A stretch of 64,000 nt of DNA, taken from contig NC_068984.1 of NCBI RefSeq assembly GCF_001194135.2, positions 30,712,409 to 30,776,408 of the forward strand, read 5' to 3'. Positions 36,391-50,469 of the stretch are shown here, piece after piece (position 1 is the stretch's first letter; every line of letters begins with the position of its first letter). The notes below the pieces were generated by a model. It saw only the letters and a list, made by a program, of their open reading frames with translations. It was not told the DNA's origin and did no database searches. The position numbers and the translations under genes were made by a program. The DNA comes from Octopus bimaculoides. Its lineage: Eukaryota.

Positions 36391-36569
36391 ATCACTAATT
36401 GTGACTGAGGGTGCTGGGTAGCACATATATTGCTAGAAATAAGACTTAAAACCCTTGGAACTGCCAATGGAACAAATATGAAAATGTGCTTCCTTCCAGT
36501 TCTAAGGGTTTTAACTCTCATTTCTAGCAATGTATGTTCTACCCAGCACCCTCAGGCACACTCAGTGAT
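36391..36569. repeat. Long inverted repeat / fold-back hairpin
   Basis: Arms 36391-36463 and 36497-36569; 56/62 identity over the core 36402-36463 versus the reverse complement of 36497-36558. Confidence 0.95.
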
Positions 36570-36679
36570 AATTGAATTTTTCCTTTTGGTTTTATATTGC
36601 ATAAAGCTGCCTACATTATGTTATATATATATATATCTAATATCCAACTCATGAAAGAAAGATTAAAGCTTTTGGTATT

Positions 36680-37110
36680 CATTACAGCTCTTCTCTGGCT
36701 TGCTCTGTTTTTCCTTTTCCCTCTCTGGCTGACCCTCTTCTTCCTTCTATCTGCCTCTCTTTCTCTTGTTTACTTTAACTCCTTCTTTCTGTTACTTACT
36801 CTCTTTCTCTCTTATTCGGTCTCCCAGGATTACTTTATTCCTTTGTGTTTCCTCACGGCTCACTTTTTCTTCTTTTTCTTGCTACCCTTCTTTCACACTC
36901 TGTCTTTTATCACTAATTGACTCTATCTCCTTCTGTAGCTATTTCTAACTCCTTAACCCATTCTCTCTTGCCGCAACTCTTCCTCTCTGTTTTCCTTTCT
37001 CTTTCTCCTTACTCTTTCACTCGTCAATGTTCTTTATTTTCCCGTTCTCTCTGGTTTTCCACTCTTTCTGTTTCTCTCTCAGACTTCTTGTTGGTTCCCT
37101 CTTCTCTCTT
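36680..37110. repeat. Degenerate (CT)n polypyrimidine tract
   Basis: Direct inspection; source of the hydrophobic L/F/S ORFs 36597-37156. Confidence 0.85.
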
Positions 37111-38110
37111 CAATATATGTGTATGTGTTTTTCTGTGTGTCTCTCTGTATGTGTGATTTGCATTTTTTAATCACACACACACACGCACATATATATGTAG
37201 AACTGGGAATATCTGTATGTGTGACTTAGTGTACTTTTATGTCTGTATTATGTGTACACACACACACACACGTACACATTCATACGCACGTACATACACA
37301 CATGCTCACACATACTCACATGTAAATTGCATGGATGGCGTCATTCTAGTCGGTTTGTGATGAAGTCAGTTTTATCTAGTCAGTCAAAACCTGTTTCCCA
37401 TCTTAATAATAGAATAACTGTATTATAAAACAAACAAACAAACAACAAATACCTAAATTATTCAATTGTTACCAATCTCAAGTCTGTTTCTCTTTGGAAT
37501 TACATTTGAGAGAATATGGATTCTAATATTCATAGGATGTGCAATTCCCATTTTCCTGAAGTCAATAACATGATGACATTGCATAAATCTTTCAAGGCTC
37601 ATCTAAATGTTAATGGCATATATTTGGACACTGTTTAGAAATAATGTTTCTATATGTCCTCTGGGTTTACATACTCTACTAAAATAAAGCCTTTTCTCTT
37701 GTATGTTTTTTTCTTTTATAGTTGTTGTTTGAGGGATTCTTTACAAGGTGGGGGAATATTTTGTTACACTAAAATCAATTGTTCTGTTGCTTTTTCTGGT
37801 GAAGTTAATAGTAACGATTTGGATAATGTGTGAATAAGAAAAACGAATGTTATATTTACTAAAGTAAATATTGAACTTGAGATAGTCACTTTTAAAAATT
37901 TCTTCTGTAATGTAAATTGATGGTTTAATGATTTTCTGTCAAAAATCACTACTTTTGCATATGTATTTATATCAATTTTGTTTTATTGTAGATTTTATCG
38001 TTTCCCATTGACATTTTAATAAGGTGTGCAAATTTTGCTGTTCCCACAGAATTCTATAAATATTTGTTTGTCAGAGATTTTGCAAGTTTTCTTTTTAATA
38101 TTTCTTCTAG

Positions 38111-38750
38111 ATGCCTGGCAGCCATGCAAATATGAGACAGAAAATAATTATAGATAAATCCATCATAGTGGAACAAGAAATGAATTAAGCCTTGTTCAAT
38201 CACATAGACGAGGTAATCATTGCTAATAGAATTTTAATTGATTGTTTTATAGTACATTATCATTATCTTCTTTTTTCAGCTCTGAGCCATGCATCGGTGT
38301 CATGACTTCACCTGATTTCAAACATCCCGTAAATGGATAGATAACTAAGTTAGAATAATTAGACAAGATTCAGCTTTTTCAATATTCAAATTGAAAAAGA
38401 GGTTTTGTTTGAGCAAATCACAGAGCATTTGACTCTTCCTGCTGGCTTATGGAATTATCTTATTATCCTCACTATTTTTTTAGAATCTCAGCTTGTCCTA
38501 CAGATACAGAAGCTACTGAAAAAAAATCAGGTGAGCAAAATGGGAATTGAAGCAATAGAAGGATAGAATTTTCCTTTAAATCTTTAATAACTTATCCAAT
38601 TTCTCTCTTTGAAAACTTAATATTTTGGTTTTGATTTATAGGAAAGTGATAAAATCTTTGTTTGTTTGTGTATTTATAGGCGAATATATGCAGAACCCAT
38701 AGGGATATTTTGCTGTTTTATCATTGGAAAATTTGCTTTATTGTCTGCAT
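38111..38750 (+). other. Cluster of candidate short exons without a continuous ORF (38111-38212, 38280-~38328, 38484-38530, 38680-)
   Basis: Acceptors TTTCTTCTAG, TTCTTTTTTCAG, TTTTTTTAG and GTATTTATAG. Donors GAG|GTAATC and CAG|GTGAGC. Implied introns of 67 and 149 nt. The first exon is closed in all three frames. Confidence 0.3.
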
Positions 38751-39116
38751 GTAAAGCAGGATATTTTCAAAACTGATTTTGATTTACTTATTGACAGTAG
38801 GAGCAAAAATAAAAATTGATGTGTATGTTGAAACTAATTTGTTGAATATTAGGTCCTTAGGAACAGAGTTCTTACTTTAATACTTATAGTAAAGTTGGAA
38901 CACTTAAATCTTAATGCAAAACTAATTTTGATTTATACTGCCAATCTGTTGAAATATTCTGTTATAGTTATTTTTATATTCATTATTGTGTAGGCTATTT
39001 GCCAATTTCAATCTATTCAAAACATACACTCAAACACACACACACACACACACACACATGTACAGCTCATCACTCTCTCTCTCGCTCACTTTATACACAT
39101 ACACATACATATACAT

Positions 39117-39147
<31 letters not shown>

Positions 39148-39499
39148 CACAAACATATATAGAAATCACAAATCTATTCCTTTAAATATTTTACCTTCCT
39201 ATAAATTATCATCTTTGAAAATTGTTTCTAACCAAAATGTGGATAGAATCTAATGCATAAATATATATGCAAACATAAATGTGTGTGTGTGCATGTGTCG
39301 GTGCGTGTGTGTATGTGAAATAACAGTTAAGAAAGAAATTTGTTTCCTATTTATGGCACAAATTAATCAAATGATATTGTGATATTGTTTGCACTCAATA
39401 TTGAATATTAAAGATTTAGAAACTGTAGGTGACAAACCCCATTTTGATTGGAGGAATTTTGTGAATAAAGCATCATTGGGTATTTTGTTAAACATGGCT

Positions 39500-39613
39500 A
39501 TTTGTTACATATTGTTGTCAAGAATAAAAACTATTTTAGAACTGATCATTTCAAGGCAAAATGCAATTGTCAGGTGTCCTACAAATCATTATGACAACAT
39601 TTTCATATTTTGA
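39500..39613 (+). mobile_element. L1/Tx1-like LINE RT remnant
   Basis: ILLSRIKTILELIISRQNAIVRCPTNHYDNIFIF resembles the L1/Tx1 IL.NR.K..L..II...Q.GF..GR...DNI motif (inside ORF 39389..39613). Confidence 0.4.
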
Positions 39614-39949
39614 CCATGCCTTGTCATATTGTTGCATCAAATCTAGATATCTGTCAGATTTGGCAACTGATATATAACCAAATGTGAATTCATTCAAAAT
39701 ATTTCCCGATCACTTGTATTCCACTGCTAAGTTTTAGCTTTATAAATTTACTAATGACACAGATACACAACTATCAAGAGGCTAACTAAATGAATGAACT
39801 TCTTGCTATGTGCATCTTCCTCCTATAGCTACACAAATTCATTATAGAATATCTCCCAAGTAAATGAATCTAATTTTTGGAACTAAACCATAGTTTTATT
39901 TTGTTTTCTGTACACAACTCAGTACATCTGATTCTGGGTTTCATTCCCT

Positions 39950-40550
39950 CCAATAACAGTTAACTTCACTTGAATGTGCTATTTGAACATTAGCTGTCCT
40001 ACTTCTCATTAGCTGTTTCACCATTTGATCATCTTAAATATTCTACTCTGCTTTATAATGACAATACTTTAGTTATTCTGTGTCTGTCTTACCATTACAA
40101 CTTAGCTATTTTCTTCTACAGTTAAAATAGCTAATTTCAGTTACAATGCTATGACTTTGCTATGATATTTGCTCGACACTAAAAACAGATTAGGCATATT
40201 TCTCTGTCTCGCAAGAGAACCTTAACTGTGCTCCTCTGGCTCCCACTCACAACAGATTGCCAGTTTTCTTCTGTCCTACAACAGTAACATAATATGCTTT
40301 TTTTTTTGTCATTTCTCTTAATGAATACAACTTAGCTATTCAGTTCAACCACACAATGACAGTAGATTATCTACTCTTCTACTGAGCTACCTCCATATTC
40401 CTTTCTTCTTCATAATAACAACTCATTTCTTCTCATCTGCTTCACATTGACAGCAGCTTAACTGTTTTCTTTTGCTTTGTAATAACTATTTCCTTTTGTC
40501 TAATAATAGCAGCAGCTTAGCTAACAACAGATTACTTATTCTTTTCTACC
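39950..40550. repeat. Degenerate minisatellite (ACAA(T)GACAGCAGCTTAGCTATTTTCTTCT-like units)
   Basis: About ten recurrences, e.g. ACAACTTAGCTATTTTCTTCT (~40097), ACAACTTAGCTATTC (~40327) and GACAGCAGCTTAACTGTTTTCT (~40450). Confidence 0.55.
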
Positions 40551-41434
40551 CTAAAATCATTATATCTTGGGTGCTTTTCGTTTACCTTTCAATGATTATA
40601 TCTTAGCTCGGTAGAAGTGATTAATTTGACAGGAATACTTGACTAGCATTTATTTGCTAAGTACTGAGGTGGATTTAATCAACTTGATAAAATCGGTCTT
40701 CTAAAGATTTAATTCTTAAAAAAGTTACAAATATAAATTTTGTTATTGTATATGAAGCATTGTACATTTTAATACTCCTTTAGGTTTGATAATTTTCATA
40801 AATAAAAGGTTGTATGTGCATTTGTATCATTGCAGTTGTAGTGTGGGTGTATGCAATGTATGTGTGCAAGTTGTTTTTGCTATGTGAATTTATGTATGCA
40901 ATATCTGTGTGTGTTTTTTCATATCTCTGTATGCAATTTGTGTTTTGCATGCATAATTTCTATGTGTTATTTGTCTGTGAAATATGTTTGTATTATTTTG
41001 GAGTGCAGAAGAGTAATATATATGGCATCATACAATTTGATAACTATTAAGAAAACCACAAATGCTCTTTGATTCCTCTAAAATGCTGTCATCATCAGTG
41101 TAGAAAATGTGTATGCAGTTTGTAGTTTTTGATGTGTGTAAATATGTGTTCTGTTTGTGTGCATTCCGTGATTATTTTTTCAATGGGCATATGTTCTATG
41201 ATATTTGCAACTCTTATAGATACTTTGTCATTTGTCTGTTTTGGCTTATACATAATATAAGACAGACTCCATTTCCCATATACACTTCACTTGGAACTCT
41301 ATACTGCAGTAGACAGAGAGCAGTGTGAAAAATTATGTACAAGCGTTTCTGCAATTTCCAGGGGACATAATTCTATGTAGATCATAAGTAGTAGTTTTGT
41401 GTTGTTCTATAGTTGACAGGTTTGTGAGTAAGCA

Positions 41435-41590
41435 TTTATGCCCTTACTCGACCTGCAAGAAAGGGGCAATAAAATCTCCCTGAAGGTAGTGCTAGATACA
41501 CAGTGCCTGCAAAAGATGACACCTGGAATGTCTCTGATCATAGTTTCCCTCATTGGGGACTACCAGATGCTGAGCAATAAACTCTACTGC
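41435..41590 (+). mobile_element. Dispersed repeat family C copy
   Basis: TTACTCGACCTGCAAGAAA..AAAATCTCCCTGAA..CTAGATACACAGTGCCTG..GGAATGTCTCTGATCATAG. Confidence 0.5.
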
Positions 41591-41764
41591 AATTAACTAA
41601 TCTTCATAAATGCATTCGCTTCATTCTTACCTATTAATTTCAAGAATTCCAAAATATTTACAGGAAAGGCAAAAGTTATTATTTCTGTTATTGTAATATC
41701 GTATAGACTACTGGATCTGTTATAGGAGTTTGAGCAGTGCTTATAGCCATTATGTTGTGATGCT

Positions 41765-41975
41765 AGATGTTGCTGTTGTTGTATAGAACCAGGTCAGTCC
41801 TTGATTGAGTGTACCAATGTTTACACTTTCATGAAGTTTCCTTCATTTTTTCTAAGTATAGTGCACTCATGACCATATTATTCATTGTGTTTTTCTTATT
41901 ATTAATAGACTGTGATTTGTAGAAGATTTAGCTGCCATTTAGCAAGTTGAGTGACTGTACAAAAGCTCTCCCATT
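41765..41975 (-). mobile_element. Dispersed repeat family C copy
   Basis: GATGTTGCTGTTGTT..CCAGGTCAGTCCTTGATTGAG..GATTTAGCTGCCATTTAGCAAGTTGAGTGAC. Confidence 0.55.
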
Positions 41976-44900
41976 GCCTCATTGTGTGTTAAATTATGTT
42001 AAATGGTTACATATCAGAGATATTTTCCCATTTTTATTGCTAAAAGGAAGGACAACCTGCATGATTTTATTGGACCTGAACTGAATGCTTGCAGCAATTC
42101 TGCTAAAGGTATCCAAGAAACACATGCTGTTAAACTCGGTGACATATGAAGTCTAGTGGTTACAAAAACACCCAACAAATAAAATTTGAAATGCAGATGT
42201 AAAACACAGAAAAGAGTGGTGCTAATCATTTCATCTGAGAAAAAATTTCCATTTAAAAGTAATATTGAACTGGATGTCAATTATTTCTTTTCTCTCAAAT
42301 TCTTCTTAAGATAGAATATATTAGAAGTACTGTTTTGTCACTTGGCCTTTTGGAAATATGTCCATCACATTTTTTGATTTGTTAATTACATCATGACCTT
42401 AATTGAACTGCACTTTAGTTATCTTATGAAAAGTGGTTTCCATTATCAATGTTATGTTATGAAATACGTTGCCAGTCATTTCATTTTCATGCTTCAGTGT
42501 TTTCCTAACTACATACCATGTTAATGTTAGTGATGGATTTGAATACATGCATTTAAATCTTTTGATACCAACTGCCTGAGACAGCCCTGATAGAAAGCTG
42601 TCTATTTTAAAGAGTTAATATTTTAAGCCTTTGATCTTAATTGTAAGTAAAACCCATTTAAATTCTGTTTTAAAAAAAAACAGTTTAATAATACAAGATT
42701 TAATTTACTTTATTTTCTCAAATATTCAATAATTTTTTACAAATGAATCGAAGCAGATTGGTCTGTAGCTCATGATAAATTTAGTCATGAAAGGGTTAGG
42801 TTGTAAACTCCTGCTTTTATGATACCACAAAGCAATATTAGTATTAATGCTATTATCAGTCTTGAAAAATTATAATTTCAAATTGCTAACATAAAATTAT
42901 TACTTCAGATGTTTTTAAAACTAGAACTAAAATGATAATTTCTGTCATAGGGTGTTATTTAAGAAATGTGAAATTTTAATATGTATCAAAAATTCAATAT
43001 GTAAGTTTTCTGCATTTATAATTTTATTTTAGTGCTCATGCATTAAAAATATAGCATTATGAGAATGATTTATTCAGGATTAGCAACATTCTTGGATAGC
43101 ATATTTGAGAAAGACAAATTTATTGAAAAACACTCACAGAAAACAAACTGGCCAAAAGACAAATTGATTGAAAACATTAGTTGACATCACATTCATAAAA
43201 AAATATCGAGTAAAAAATGTATAGAAAACTAACTTTAAGAAAATAAATAACATTATAATTTTAAATGAACATTATAAAATGGAATATGTTCACAATTTGA
43301 TTTCAGGCTTTTTTCAAATCTAAAACTAAATGCGACTATAAGCATGTAAATATTATGACATCTCATTTTGTATAAGTTATAGAGAACAAATTCTAATTTC
43401 ACATTAGCAGCAGTTTTTCAAAACAATGCTTTTGATTTGGTTGTCATTAAATACCTCATATGCTAACTTTGCTTCTCTCTCTTTTAGTTTACTTCCATAA
43501 TGGTTAGCAAGTTAATGCAATGATATAAACAGAACATGTACATATGCTTGCTAGATTGGTTGTTTAACAGTCTTTAATCTTATGTTATAGGCAAGGAAAC
43601 AAAATTATAATTTTTATCAGTGACTATTGATCAAAGTGCACAAATTCATATTTACTGACTTGTGACATTTGACTACTAATCAATTTAATGTAATGGTGCT
43701 AAATATTGTCATACACACAATTATGATTTATAACTATTTCTACTCAAATCTTCAAGAAATATCAATATTTTGATGACAAATTACTTTTCCACTTTTTATT
43801 TGACTAATATATTTTGAATCAATTAGTCTTTTGAGGAATTTGTTCTTTTACGAATATTTTACTGGGAATGCATGAAAAAGTTATTTCAAGATACTACAGT
43901 TCTGATGAAGGAGAAGATAGAAGACCATATCAACTGGAGATACATGTTTCTGTTGAAATTCTGACTGGCACAAGCTTGTTAGAATGCCTGCTAAAATAGT
44001 AAGGTAATATACACTCACAAATGATCTTCATCATTAACTTATATTGAGCATATATTTAACAGGTCAGTTAACCAATAATAATGTATTTAAAACCAATTCA
44101 CACAAACAAGATTCTAATGAATACAAAGTAGTTAAGATGGTAAAACCTCTATTAGTAGTATTTAAACAAGATTAGTACAAGTTGTTCCCTGTTATGAATG
44201 GCTAATGAATAATAGCCTTTGCAAGACTCACTCTCACTCTTCTGTGTTTGATAGCAAAACTATTGGCAGTAATCAGTATAGATAGCATTTGTTTGAAAGA
44301 TTATCTTGGTAATCCACCATGATGTTAGAAATTTAAAAGATTCCAAAGCTATTTTATTTGCTGTTTAGACTATTGGCTCCTACCATATTGAAGGTTTAAG
44401 CAGAAGACACTAGTATGCTCTTGCATTTAAATTCAGGAATGTTTTAATATATTGGAAAATTTCAACAAAAGAAAATAATTTTTTATTATTGAAATCACTG
44501 AGTTGTTGCATTTTTTTCTCCAGTACTTCAAGATATCAGATATTAAAGAAATAATCAATTTGTTTCTAAAGCACATTGAAAACATACTTCATGCTAAACA
44601 AGTCTGAGAAAGAAATATTGAATAAATCAGGCACCATATGATAAATTATTCAGAAATGTTGATTTTTGATTGATTAAAAAAATCCCAACATAGAAATTAA
44701 CAGGTGGTTAGTTGATAATTCTATTAAAGTTTATTGTTGATTTTTGTGAAATAAATTATTGGGCTATATTTAGAATAAATAACATATTTGTTATTGACCT
44801 GTGAATATCAGATAAAATAAAAAAAAGTTAAAAGAGTACTTTATTAATTAGCTTTTATAATGCACAATTTTTTTTCCTGTCAAAATACATAACCATAATT

Positions 44901-47900
44901 GAATAGATTCAGACAGTATTATGATTTATGGCTAAAATATATAAATAAAAAAATGAAACAATAATAATAGAAAAATTTTCAGGGACGCCTTCTGCAGAAA
45001 AACATAGTTAACTGTAGGCTAATGTTCTTAGATTATTTTTAATCAGTCAATCTGTACTTTATAATGTCCAACATGTTCCTTAAAAAAAAAAAAAAAAAAA
45101 CAGTTGTATGTAATTTGAGAGAGGTTTTCTGCCATTTCTAGTAAGTCAAGTGATCACCTAGAAGTGTCCTTATTGGATTATCAAATTAATTTGAAATGAT
45201 GCAACTTCAGAACAATGTTTATATCAATACAAACTACATTTTGGAGCAATAGTAATGGTATGGGGTTTGGCTGCCCACTTTAACTACAGCAAACATGTAT
45301 ATAAGAGGCTTCCTTGTGCAGTTCACATACCCAAACAATCCACACTAGGCTACTATTTTGAAGATGTTTATCAGAGTGAAAAAGGCACAAAAAAGAATCG
45401 TTTCAGCAGCTGTGTTTATAAATGCAACAACTTCTAAAGAACATATTAGAAAGTGAGGTGAGTCTGATCAGAGGAGCAACCACATCCAGATGTAAAAACC
45501 AGAATCAGAGGAAATTTATGAAGGTCTGTGTCTTCAACAAATAAGCCAAGAGGAAATATGAAAGTTGAAATATATGCAGATCCAAAGAAGCAAAGAAGAT
45601 ATTTAATCTTGTTGGCTCAGTCTGTTTGTTGAGGAGGGGGAAAATAGTTTCTGTGAGATTCAATTAAATAAAAAGTAATTACTACAACTTCTGAATATAT
45701 TTCAACCAGAAAACTCGGAACTCTCCTTTTTCTCTAATAAAAGTACTGGAACCTCTTTCTTCCATTTGGTCACAGTTTTTTTTTTTTTTGTAGTTGTTTG
45801 GTCTAGGTCAACTGAAACTTTGACTGAGCAGAGCCATGATCTATGGCATTCCAGCTGTGATCATTTCATAATATGTGGGGCATTTAGAACTATGTTATCA
45901 AATAATCTTTTCCTTTTTAACATGGTAGTAAGGTGTGATTTGGAAATATTTGGCTTATATTTCTAGTAGCTTGAAGAACCATGTAGCGGTTCAATCATTA
46001 GCTCATGTATGCTTGTGTAAGTTTGGCAGAAGTCACAGTTGAGTTGGGTTTGGGAAACTTGGTAGGAAAATGACAATTGTAGTTCTTTTACACATATCAT
46101 TAGTGGTGGTCATGTCAAGATGGTTTTGTGATAGTTAAGTTACTGAAACTTCCAACATCCCTTCACACATGTCCTTCATTTGTTTATTTCAACTGACTTG
46201 AGGAATTAGGATTTCAAGAGTGGTGTAATAGTTTTAAGCATTGGGGTACCTCTACATTAATGAATGAGTATGTGAAACTATATGGCACCACTCAACCTAA
46301 CAGTATTAGCAGACAAATTCCTGTCATAAGAGATGCTACTTAAAATAGAAAAGAAATCATACTAGATATGCAAGAAAAATAATAGATAGCATGTTTTGCA
46401 ACTGGAACACAGGTCTACTGATGTAGAAAGTAGTAGAAAAAATTTGTAAATTATCAGATTGTGATAGAATAATCCTGAAAATAAATATATTGTTGGACGA
46501 ATGTGGAAATACAGTGTGTGCAGAGAAATGAAATCTGTTACCTAATTTCATTTATTTTAAGAAAGCTAGTTACCCAGCTGTAAACAGCAGACAGTAATAA
46601 AGTATATTGAATTCTTTCTCTTCATTTCAACTAGGCAGCTTTTCAGATTTCTCACTTTCACTGTCACAAAATATAATATATTTTAAAAGACATTCATTAT
46701 ATATATTTGCATACAAATGTGGCTACACACACAAACACATAATGTTTGTGTGTGTGTGAGAGAAAGAAAAAGAGAGAGACAGACAGACAGAGAGACTAAG
46801 AAATGAAATATTCAAATTTATATAATAACTCCAAGATATTTTGGTTACCACTCACTGATAATTCAAAATAAAAACAAAATTCAGTTTATGTTTTTTTTTC
46901 TACAGTGATATTTGATATTTTCTTGATATCCATTAAACCATGATAGTCTTGAATTTAATCTTATCTTGAGTGCTGTATTTAAAATGGTATCGTTCTGACA
47001 CTACCACTGCTTTGTGGTGGGGATGTATTGAAATTTAGCACAACAAATCAATTTTAGAATGCTTGGTTTGAGTTAAGGAAAAAATACAGCATCTTTTGAG
47101 AAGAACTATTTATTAATAAATCTGAAGTGGAAACTGTAAATTGAAAATATATTCTCCTTCAAGAAATATTTGACAAGCTGTCAATTATTCTGGTGGCCAG
47201 CATGAGCAGATTAATTTGGGAAAGTGCTGATTTTAAAGAATGCTTATTTTCGTTTAGTTTTCTGTTCATATGTTGACAGCATTTTCCAGTTGGATTAATT
47301 GAATCAGCTAACTGGTAATTGTGGTTCTATGTATCTTCTTGTTGTACATTTCACTTTTACATTAAGGAAAGTTATATGGAAATACAAAACGCAGAATTGT
47401 ATTTTCGGACAGGGAAGTTCTATGACTTTGCTTACATCATAAAAATAAAATGCTCGAAAAAATAACTTATTGAAACTTCCAGTATTCTAAGTTTTATTGC
47501 TTATTGGGTTCAAGAATTTGTCCTTTGTTTTGTTGCTGATTGTAATAAATATAGCTGAGGCAAGTTATATAGTTTTATAAGTTGGTCTCAACAATGTTAT
47601 GCAAAGAGATTTAAAAAGCAAATTAGAAATAAATGTTAGTTGTGTAAAATAAATAAATAAAATGACATTATCAATGACTAACATTAATTTCTCTTTCCGA
47701 GAAATCATGTGGGACTATGAGAGTCAGTTTTTGGTATTATTCTGACTTCATCAGCAATTAAACATAACCTTAACTATTCTTGTCAAATTATTGGTAAACG
47801 GATTATGAAATGAGCATGCAATCATGTATATTCGTAGATGTAGGAAAATAAAAATATTTAGAAATGAAGTAATTTTAAAGATACCATCTGCATGGTTGTT

Positions 47901-48882
47901 TTCTATAGTTTGTGATGCTTAAAGTTAGTCTTTGATCACAAAGATTTAAGCCTAATTTGTATTGCATATGTTTGCTAGGAAATCCAAATGAACCAGCATA
48001 ATAATTTTGTAATTTATGGACATAGACTTATTAGTGTATTTTGTTGTAAGCTAGTACACTATAAATGGTTATTCTATAAAAATTTATTGTTGTAACATAA
48101 AAACATTATTTATTATTTTAATCTTTAATCTAGATATGGAAAGGATTTACTAGTATTAGCAGTTTCTCAAAAATGATTTTAAAAATTGATAGAAGTGTAC
48201 CAACAGTTGAGATCAAGTGAAATAATTAGATCAGACTTCAACAATTTAAGTCAGCATTAACATATTAAATGTAGTAAGGAAAACAGCTTCATTTAATTAA
48301 AAAGTTTACTTTCACATTGAAGCAATAGGATCATAGACTCAATGACTAATGTTAATGAAATCTGGTTCAGATAAATGTGTGGTAACTCTGAAATTTTAAT
48401 TCATTAAAATTAGAACTTCACAGGCAGTGAGGGGTGAAAGCATTAGCTTAAAGACTAATATTGATTTAACCTGATTGCCCATAGAACATAGTAACATCAT
48501 TCTATACTCAACTTCTCCATGTTGGCTTGGGTTGGATTGATCTTCTTTAGCACTGCATCTTGCCACATCATTATCATCCCTTTATTGAGGCCCAACATTT
48601 TGAAACTAGAACTGATAGCTCCCTTCTACCTCTTCTTCTGCAGTTTCCTTCTACATGCATTGCTTCTAACTTCGGCACCAAACTATCAACTTTCATATGC
48701 AAATACATTTCTATACTAGTGCAGTCATTTCTCTTGTCTGTTACAGGTTAAATCTATGTATTAGACAGTGTACTTTAATGCAATTAATAATTATTATTTA
48801 GGAGACTATTCTATGTTGTCTCTCTCTAACATAAAATATTGGACATAATATGACATGTCATTATCTTAGCTCTACAAAGCAG

Positions 48883-48975
48883 GCATGGTGTGGTTAAGAA
48901 GTTTGCTTCATAAGCATGCAGTTTTGGGTTCAGTCCTATTGCGTAGTACTAAAAGCAAGCAACTTCAACAATCAC
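48883..48975 (+). mobile_element. SINE family E head
   Basis: GCATGGTGTGGTTAAGAAGTTTGCTTC..GGGTTCAGTCCTATTGCG, matching the family E head. Confidence 0.6.
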
Positions 48976-50469
48976 CTCATCCCTTGCTATAAACTAAACT
49001 ATATCAAACATACTGTCTACACACACACATATATGTATGTATGTATTTCTTTTTGGGATATTGAATCTTGAAGTACATCGCATAAAGCTATAAGTAACAA
49101 TGCGTAAATATTGGGTTGAACAATCCTTTTGGATAGAAAAAGCTGAAGGCTGCCAGTGACACACACATGCATATGTTTGTTTGTGCATGCACGTGTGTGT
49201 GCGTGTGTACGTGTGTATGTATGTATGCGTGTGTGCATGCGTGTGTGTGCAAATGTGCTTGAATATTCTCATTTTACTTCTTATTATTTGAACAAAGTGA
49301 TGCTGATATTTACATTCTTTGTTCATGCTATAATTAGTCTATATGTGCTGTTGAAGACCTGTGGAATATAAAAGTCCTGTGGAATATAAACGTCTATGAA
49401 ATAGGTGAGTGGGTTAGCAGCAGAAAGAACATCTGGCTGCAGTCCTAACTCAAAATTATTTCCAGCTTAAGCCATACAAGCTTGGATAATCAGCTGTTAA
49501 AGAAACAATCAACTTGATTGAGGCAAAATTATTTACAAACATGTTTAATTTTTACATTTCTCTGATATTGTTTTCATACATAAAATAGAAAAAAATGATT
49601 CATTCACAGAGGAAGGAGAACATACTCATAGTTTTCAAAATGTAACATTAAATACCACCTTGGCTTCTGTCCATGACAAACACAAGGAATGAATCTGCTG
49701 TTTGTTGCATACACATCTGTTACATTTGTAATTGTTAGATTGTATTGTGCATTAAGATGCAGATAAAGTTATAAAATTGTTATTAAAAGTGTGAAAATTG
49801 GGTGCAGGTTATAGTAAATGTAATTTTACTGAAATATAAAATGCTTTCATGAAGCCAAGAAATAAAAGAAAAATCTTTTATAGTTCAGATATCTGAGAAA
49901 ATCCATTTATTTTTAAGCATAAAAAAGTAATTATTAAGCAAAAATGATATTGAAATAGTGAGGAAAGGACATTTCACAGTAATGTGTTTAGGATTTAACA
50001 TGTTTCATGTAGTTAGATTCCTAAATTGGTGTCAGTTCTCATAAAGCATGAACTTGCTGATTAAGACGTATCATGTATTGATGTTAGGATCAATTAATTT
50101 GATGCCAGAGGGAGCTTTTAAGTGCTGAATTTAAAATCTATCAAAGTGAACTTGCTGCAGAGTGTAAAAATACAAAAACACATGCAAATGATTTACTGGA
50201 TTATCTTATTTTATCAGCTACTAGCATAATATCTACTCTTAACTTTATTTCATCATGAAGAGGAACATGATCCTGAGGATGATTATCAAAACGTCCATCC
50301 TCATAAAGATCACCATTTTGCAGATATTTATGATGATTGATGTCTTCATTATTGATCAGCACAATCATCTCATTCATACAGTTTTGGTTGATGCATCTAT
50401 CCCACCTCATGATCAGGCTACATACCTTAAGTTATGATGTTTATCTTGTTATATGTGTCTATAAATCTA

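Noticed and set aside
36597-37156. Hydrophobic membrane-protein-like ORFs
   Set aside because: They lie in a degenerate (CT)n tract, and all three frames give similar L/F/S strings.
12507-49371. Many HTHT/CVCV/YIYI/LSLS ORFs (e.g. 12507, 14322, 14420, 22807, 24395-24710, 38999, 48994-49371)
   Set aside because: They are translations of (CA)n, (TA)n, (GA)n and (GATA)n microsatellites.
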